Source: Acidobacteriota bacterium
GTDB lineage: Bacteria > Acidobacteriota > UBA890 > WLXD01
Length of the DNA stretch: 64,000 nt
Direction: 5' to 3'
Assembly: GCA_963666055.2 (NCBI GenBank)
Contig: CAXWPH010000012.1
Coordinates: forward strand, 413,976 to 477,975
The translations under genes and the position numbers were made by a program. Shown piece after piece: positions 58,750 through 64,000 of the stretch (its first letter is position 1; each line of letters opens with the position of its first letter). The notes under the pieces are model-generated. The model saw only the letters and a list, made by a program, of their open reading frames with translations, had not been told where the DNA came from and did no database searches.

Positions 58750-59676
58750 ATGGAAACGCGTGTATTCGCACCTGCGACGATTTCGAACATAGGCCCGGGA
58801 TTCGACGTACTCGGTTTGGCACTCGATGCGCCCGGCGACACGGTCACGGCTCGCCTTGACCCCACCGGGCGGCGCGGCGTGAGCATTGTCGCCATCCGCG
58901 GCGACGGCGGAGCTCTCCCTGTTGATACGCACACCAACACGGCAGGGGTAGCGGCGCTGGCTACTCTGAAACGTATCGGGCTGGACGGCAGCGTCGAGAT
59001 CGAGATCGACAAGGGACTGCCTATCGGATCGGGTCTAGGCAGTTCCGCGGCCAGCGCCGCCGCGGCCGCCTTCGCGGTCAACGTGTTGCTCGGATCTCCG
59101 CTGAGCGCCCACGAGTTAGTGGGTCCGTGCATCGAGGCGGAGAGCGCAGTTTCCGGCCGACACGGCGACAACGTTGCGCCCGCATTGATGGGCGGCCTGA
59201 TCCTCGTCCGGTCGGTCGATCCGATCGACGTCGTGCGTGTCCCGGTGCCCGCTGGAGTGTTCGTGGCCTTCACCACCCCGTCGATCGAGGTCTCGACCCG
59301 GCGGGCGCGCGCCATACTCCCGCAGCAGGTGTCGCTACAAGCGATGGTCCGCAACGGCGCCAACCTCGCAGCCCTGGTGAGCGCCTGTCACTCCGGTGAT
59401 CTCGATTTGCTGGGCGCATGCATCACCGACGATATCGTCGGTCCGGCTCGCGCCGAGCTGATCCCGGGAAGCGGTGAGGCGACGCGGGCAGCCGACGAAG
59501 CGGGTGCGATCGGCAGCTCGATCAGCGGTGGAGGCCCCACCATCATGGCGCTCTGTAGATCGGAGGCTGAGGCAGAGCGTGCTGGTGCTGCGATGGCGGC
59601 CGCGTTCGAGACCGTCGGCCTGGGATCCTCCACCCACGTCTCCCCCGCCGACTGCCCCGGCGCCCGGACGGTCTGA
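58750..59676 (+). CDS. thrB: homoserine kinase
   Basis: APATISNIGPGFDVLGLA, PIGSGLGSSAAS, HGDNVAPALMGG, ISGGGPT. Confidence 0.93.
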   Translation: METRVFAPATISNIGPGFDVLGLALDAPGDTVTARLDPTGRRGVSIVAIRGDGGALPVDTHTNTAGVAALATLKRIGLDGSVEIEIDKGLPIGSGLGSSAASAAAAAFAVNVLLGSPLSAHELVGPCIEAESAVSGRHGDNVAPALMGGLILVRSVDPIDVVRVPVPAGVFVAFTTPSIEVSTRRARAILPQQVSLQAMVRNGANLAALVSACHSGDLDLLGACITDDIVGPARAELIPGSGEATRAADEAGAIGSSISGGGPTIMALCRSEAEAERAGAAMAAAFETVGLGSSTHVSPADCPGARTV

Positions 59677-59690
59677 GCGAGGCATCTTGT

Positions 59691-60986
59691 ATGGGCGCTG
59701 ACGTAACCCCGTGGAAGCTGCGATGCGTGGCGACCGGCGCCACCTATCCGGGACTCGAGGTGCGCTATCGGTCCGATGTCGGGGAGACACTCGATGTCGT
59801 ACACGACTTTGCCGCCGCAGAGCCGATCGATCTCGACACCTTCGATCGCCGGCTGGGGTCGAAGCAGCTCGCCGACCGATCCGGCGTGTGGCGCTTCCGC
59901 GAGCTGATCCTACCCGTAGACGCGGACGCTCCGGTCACCAAGCCAGAAGGCAATACCAACCTGTACTACTCGGATGCCATCGCCCGCTACGTCGGCCTGG
60001 ATTCGTTCGGTCTGAAGCACGAGGGAGAAAACCCTACCGGTTCGTTCAAAGACCGCGGCATGACCGTGGGGGTGACAGTAGCCAAGATGCTCGGCATGCG
60101 TCGGGTCGCCTGCGCCTCCACCGGCAACACGTCGGCCTCGATGGCCGCCTATGCCGCGCAGGCCGGCATGCAGGCGCTGGTCTTCGTTCCAGAGGGAAAG
60201 ATCGCCTACGGGAAGCTCTCACAGGCTCTCGCCTACGGAGCCATCACCATCCAGCTGGCCGGTGACTTCGATCGCGCCATGGAGCTCGTGCAGGAGGTAT
60301 GCGCGAGCGAAGGCATCTACCTACTCAACTCGGTCAATCCGTTCCGCATCGAGGGTCAAAAAGCGATCGGTTTCGAGCTGCTGCAGGATCTGCACTGGGC
60401 CGTACCCGACTGGATCGTGCTTCCCGGCGGCAATCTCGGCAACAACGCTGCCCTGTCGAAGGGAATGATGGAGCTGCGCGATCTCGACCTCATCGACCGG
60501 GTACCGCGCATTGCGGTGATTCAAGCGGCCGGTGCCAACCCGCTATATCGCGCCTTCCTAGACGGAACCCCGGTGGAGCCGCTGGCCAATCCCGAGACGC
60601 TTGCCACGGCGATCCGCATCGGCAACCCGGTGTCGTGGCGAAAGAGCCAGCGCGGTATCACTGCCTGCGACGGCGTCGTCGAAGAAGTCACAGATCAGGA
60701 GATCCTCGACGCCAAGGCGCAGGTAGACGCGGCCGGCATCGGCGCGGAACCTGCCTCGTGCACCACCGTCGCCGGAGCGCGCAAGCTGGTGGCTGCCGGT
60801 GTCATCGACCCCGCCGACAGCGTTTGCGGCATCCTCACCGGGCACCTGCTGAAGGACTCCGATACGGTGGTCGGTTATCACCGCGGTGAGCTCGAGGGGG
60901 TCGACTCGCGCTTCGCCAACGCGCCGATTCGGGCCCCCGCTGAGCTCGGTGCGATCGTTGATCTGGTACGGTCAGTGGAGCCCTAG
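59691..60986 (+). CDS. thrC: threonine synthase
   Basis: EGENPTGSFKDRG, CASTGNTSAS, NSVNPFRIEGQK, PGGNLGN, ATAIRIGNP, LTGHLLKD. Confidence 0.94.
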   Translation: MGADVTPWKLRCVATGATYPGLEVRYRSDVGETLDVVHDFAAAEPIDLDTFDRRLGSKQLADRSGVWRFRELILPVDADAPVTKPEGNTNLYYSDAIARYVGLDSFGLKHEGENPTGSFKDRGMTVGVTVAKMLGMRRVACASTGNTSASMAAYAAQAGMQALVFVPEGKIAYGKLSQALAYGAITIQLAGDFDRAMELVQEVCASEGIYLLNSVNPFRIEGQKAIGFELLQDLHWAVPDWIVLPGGNLGNNAALSKGMMELRDLDLIDRVPRIAVIQAAGANPLYRAFLDGTPVEPLANPETLATAIRIGNPVSWRKSQRGITACDGVVEEVTDQEILDAKAQVDAAGIGAEPASCTTVAGARKLVAAGVIDPADSVCGILTGHLLKDSDTVVGYHRGELEGVDSRFANAPIRAPAELGAIVDLVRSVEP

Positions 60987-61005
60987 CAGGCCGTGGTTGT
61001 GGCGT

Positions 61006-62076
61006 TCAATCGCCCCGCAGCTCGCCCAGGCGCATGATGATCGCCTGCGCGATCTCATCGACACCGTCCAGTAGCGGAAAGGCCACCGGCAGGTCGAAGC
61101 GATCGGCGAGGTTGGCGCGTAGGTCATCGCACTGCTCCGTCGACAGGCCGTCGTGATTCAGGGTCAGCGCCAACACTGGTGAGCCCAGCAGGCGCACTAG
61201 CTCGATCTCCTCCTCCAGGGGCGGTATGGGACCGCCGGCTTCGCCGAGGCCGTCGAACGATGGACGCCCAGGCGCGTGCTGCAGGACCACCCCACTGGCG
61301 GCGCCGGAGATGATGAGCTCGGAGCCACACGGGCCGCTCGGGTTGCGTAGGGCCGACTGACCTTCGAGCAGGATCACGTCGGGCTGTTGCTCACGGTCAC
61401 AGTCGACGATGACGCGCTCCAACTCACCGGAGACGAAGTCGTTGAGGGTGGCGTCGAGGATGAACCCGTGCTTCTGACCCGACAACCAGCCCGTTTGCCC
61501 GGTATAGACCATCTCGGTCTTCGTGCCCGCAGCAGTTAGCGATTTCATCAGCAAAGCGGTTGTGGTGCGCTTGCCGAGGGCGCAATCGGTTCCCAGCACG
61601 GCGATCCGCGGTGCCCGAACTTGCCGGATCTTCCCCACCCAAAAGTGGAGCTCCGGGGTCGGGCGCGGCTTACGGATATCAAGGATACTGGCGCCGCTTG
61701 ACGCCGCAGAGGCGACGATCTCAGCATCGTCTTCAAGGAAATGATGCAGGCCGCTCACCACCGAGATACCGGCCTTCGCCGCGGTTAGCAGGGACGCACG
61801 CAGGTCGGACGGAATCACTCCACCCTCGGTGGCGATGCCGATCACGCAGAAGTCGGGCCGCGTCGACAGTTTGTCGAGCGACTCGGCCACCGACCGGAAG
61901 ACCGGAATGTCGCGCCCCCGTCCGTCCAGCAATTCGCCCGCGTCGGCACCGGCGCAGCTCGCGTCAATGACCCCGACGATCGTGTACCGGCTTGGGCCAC
62001 GGACAAGGCCATGAGCGGTTTTTGCCCAGGCCGTTTCGAACAGACCATTCGCTAACAGGATCGCCGTCTGGCTCAA
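61006..62076 (-). CDS. DUF1611 domain protein (D-glutamate N-acetyltransferase DgcN-like)
   Basis: AKTAHGL, VVSGLH, LGTDCALGKRTT, TGQTG, DFVSGELE, EGQSAL; TTG start after GGGGAG. Confidence 0.85.
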   Translation of the reverse strand: MSQTAILLANGLFETAWAKTAHGLVRGPSRYTIVGVIDASCAGADAGELLDGRGRDIPVFRSVAESLDKLSTRPDFCVIGIATEGGVIPSDLRASLLTAAKAGISVVSGLHHFLEDDAEIVASAASSGASILDIRKPRPTPELHFWVGKIRQVRAPRIAVLGTDCALGKRTTTALLMKSLTAAGTKTEMVYTGQTGWLSGQKHGFILDATLNDFVSGELERVIVDCDREQQPDVILLEGQSALRNPSGPCGSELIISGAASGVVLQHAPGRPSFDGLGEAGGPIPPLEEEIELVRLLGSPVLALTLNHDGLSTEQCDDLRANLADRFDLPVAFPLLDGVDEIAQAIIMRLGELRGD

Positions 62077-62153
62077 CGCATCGTCTCCCCTACCCGATCG
62101 ATCGCGCCCGTATGCGATCATTCCCCCCAGTCCACGATCACGGAGGCATCGGC

Positions 62154-62989
62154 ATGAATTCCGCAGAACAGGATCGAGGTTCGCGCCGCGCGCCGGCCCC
62201 GACCACCCTGGTGAATCTCGAACTCTACCCGATCGACAAGCTCTCGTCGGAAGAGGGACGGACCCCTGGTGCGGCGCTGCCGCGAACAGCTGGCCGAAGA
62301 CGGCGTGTGCCTACTGCCAAACTTTCTTGCCCCGCAGGTCGCGGCCCTAATGGCGGCGCAGGTCGACGAGGTCGTGGGTGAGAGCTATCGCTGCGACACG
62401 ACGCACAACGTGTATCTCGAGCCCGACGACGACTCCTTCCCGTCGGATCACCCCCGGCGGCAGCCGCAACGAACACATTTGAGGTCGGTTGCCTACGATC
62501 AAATCGTCGAGAGCCACGATCTCCGCGCCCTCTATGAGTGGGATCTGCTTACCGATTTCGTCGCCGCAGCGACGTCCGATGTGCCGATGTTTCGCATGGG
62601 CGATCCGCTCGCCGCTTTGACCATCAACGTGATGGCCGAAGGGCAGCATCACGGATGGCATTTCGACGAGTCGGAGACCACCATCACCCTCATGCTGCAG
62701 GCTCCGCTTCTGGGAGGTGAGTTCGAGTATGTTCCGCGACTGCGCCGACCCGACGGCGAGGAGTACGAGGCCGTGAGGCAGGATTCTTGCCGGCGACACG
62801 CAAGCTGCCCGCAGCCTCGAGGTGTCACCGGGAACGTTGATGATGTTCGAAGGCCACGAGGCTCTGCATCGTGTCTCTCCGGTGATCGGCAGTACTGCCC
62901 GATACGTCGCCGTCCTCTGCTACAAGAGCGAGCCCGGTGAATGCAACAGCCCGGAGGTCCAGCAACTCTTCTACGGGCGCACTGCCTAG
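62154..62989 (+). pseudogene. 2OG-Fe(II) oxygenase, BesD/HalD-family hydroxylase-like, two frameshifts (~62265, ~62783)
   Basis: VNLELYPID / CREQLAEDGVCLLPNFL...DPLAALTINVM..G..HGWHFD...GGEFEY / PGTLMMFEG..LHRVSPV.G...R.VAVL..FYGR*. Confidence 0.75.
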
Positions 62990-63280
62990 GCGACGCGGCG
63001 CTCGCCCGAACTTCCCTGCTAAGCTCGCGGCTCAGGCTGACCTGACCCGATGCGTCGACGCCCAACCGCGTATAGCACCGCCCCGCTCAGAATCATCACC
63101 AGGGATGTCCTCCGAGGGCTCCTCGGGATCGGCGATTGCGGGGCAGGGTCCACCCCGTATCGGTGCGCCCCTGTGAGCGCGGTCCGAAAGTGTGCCAGAA
63201 TCCGGCACGCAACCCGGCGGACAACAGTTCAACACAAACGCTGCGAACGACGAATTCCATCGCGCTGAGGAGAAGACACA

Positions 63281-64000
63281 ATGAAGAAGTCCGACCGTGA
63301 GCTCGGCATGGGTCGCGACATTACTCGCCGCGATTTTCTCAACGGCGCCGGCGTGGCGATCGGTGGTGCCGGTGCAATTGGCGCCGCGATGGGCACGCGA
63401 GTGGCGCTCGCCGACGAGCCGCCAGTGAATCGCGCCCAGAGTCCGGGGCCCTTCCGCTCCGACGAGTACTACCCGCCCAAGCTCACCGGGATGCGCGGCA
63501 GCCACCCGGGCTCGTTCGAGGTGGCGCACGAGATGCGCTACGGCAAGACCTGGGACGAGGCCGAGGACACCGGCGAGAGCTATGACCTGATCGTCGTCGG
63601 CGGTGGGCTGAGCGGCCTGGCCGCCGCCTACTACTTCCGCAAGGCGTTGCCCGAAGCCAAGGTCCTGGTGCTCGACAACCACGATGACTTCGGCGGCCAC
63701 GCCAAGCGCAACGAGTTCATGCTCGGAGACCGGCAGATCATCGGCTACGGCGGCACGATGTTCATCACCGGGGCGTATACCCCAGAGGGCGTGACCCTAT
63801 TCGACGACATCGGGCTCAACGCCGAGCGCTTCAACGCCGCTACGGGGGGCGCCACGGACGACTCCGATCCGCTCGCCAGATACGACCTCCAGCCGGGCGT
63901 GTTCTTCGACCGCGAGACCTTCGACGAAGACCGACTGGTCGTCGGCACCCCAGACAACGGCTGGGGCGGCGCCAACGCGGCATCGATCACGTGGTCGGAG
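63281..64000 (+). CDS. spermidine-dehydrogenase-like FAD oxidoreductase, 3'-truncated by window edge
   Basis: MKKSDRELGMGRDITRRDFLNG...YYPPKLTGMRGSH...VVGGGLSGL...DNHDDFGGHAKRNEF; GAGGAG RBS; frame open to the window end. Confidence 0.9.
   Translation, partial: MKKSDRELGMGRDITRRDFLNGAGVAIGGAGAIGAAMGTRVALADEPPVNRAQSPGPFRSDEYYPPKLTGMRGSHPGSFEVAHEMRYGKTWDEAEDTGESYDLIVVGGGLSGLAAAYYFRKALPEAKVLVLDNHDDFGGHAKRNEFMLGDRQIIGYGGTMFITGAYTPEGVTLFDDIGLNAERFNAATGGATDDSDPLARYDLQPGVFFDRETFDEDRLVVGTPDNGWGGANAASITWSE

Noticed and set aside
62269-62940. Halogenase call for the BesD-like ORF
   Set aside because: Motif is HFD (carboxylate retained), typical of hydroxylases

Overview
GC-rich bacterial DNA. Acidobacteriota-like origin is inferred from the Oar-type TonB receptors, Ser/Thr kinase remnants and the DUF1592-DUF1552-ankyrin operon. 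There are four zones. (1) 1-3.8 kb: an NHL-repeat gene end, a MITE, a sulfatase-fold gene and cutA, ending at a degenerate 3' half of tRNA-Sec that looks like an island attachment scar. (2) 4.2-38.4 kb: a rearranged, IS-scarred (IS3, IS5, many IS6 ends) cargo region. It holds duplicated secreted enzymes and transporters (2 M28 peptidases, 2 near-identical Cys-sulfatases, 2 TonB receptors, several spermidine-dehydrogenase-like flavoproteins), a Rieske oxygenase with a Tat-like leader, an amidohydrolase and many short gene fragments. (3) 40.5-51.2 kb: a cluster of exported redox/metal proteins. Its best novelty candidate is a heme-c-fused PHM/DBH-type copper monooxygenase with all six Cu ligands, convergent with a PAL-like NHL propeller and a cytochrome c, resembling a split bacterial peptide-amidation (PAM-like) module. 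(4) 51.3-64 kb: amino-acid and amine metabolism (MFS, kinase-phospholyase fusion, BHMT-like methyltransferase, aminotransferase, glyoxylate reductase, thrB, thrC, DUF1611, frameshifted BesD-family hydroxylase, partial SpdH-like gene). I saw no CRISPR array, rRNA or intact tRNA. All family calls come from motif recognition by eye; no database searches were run.
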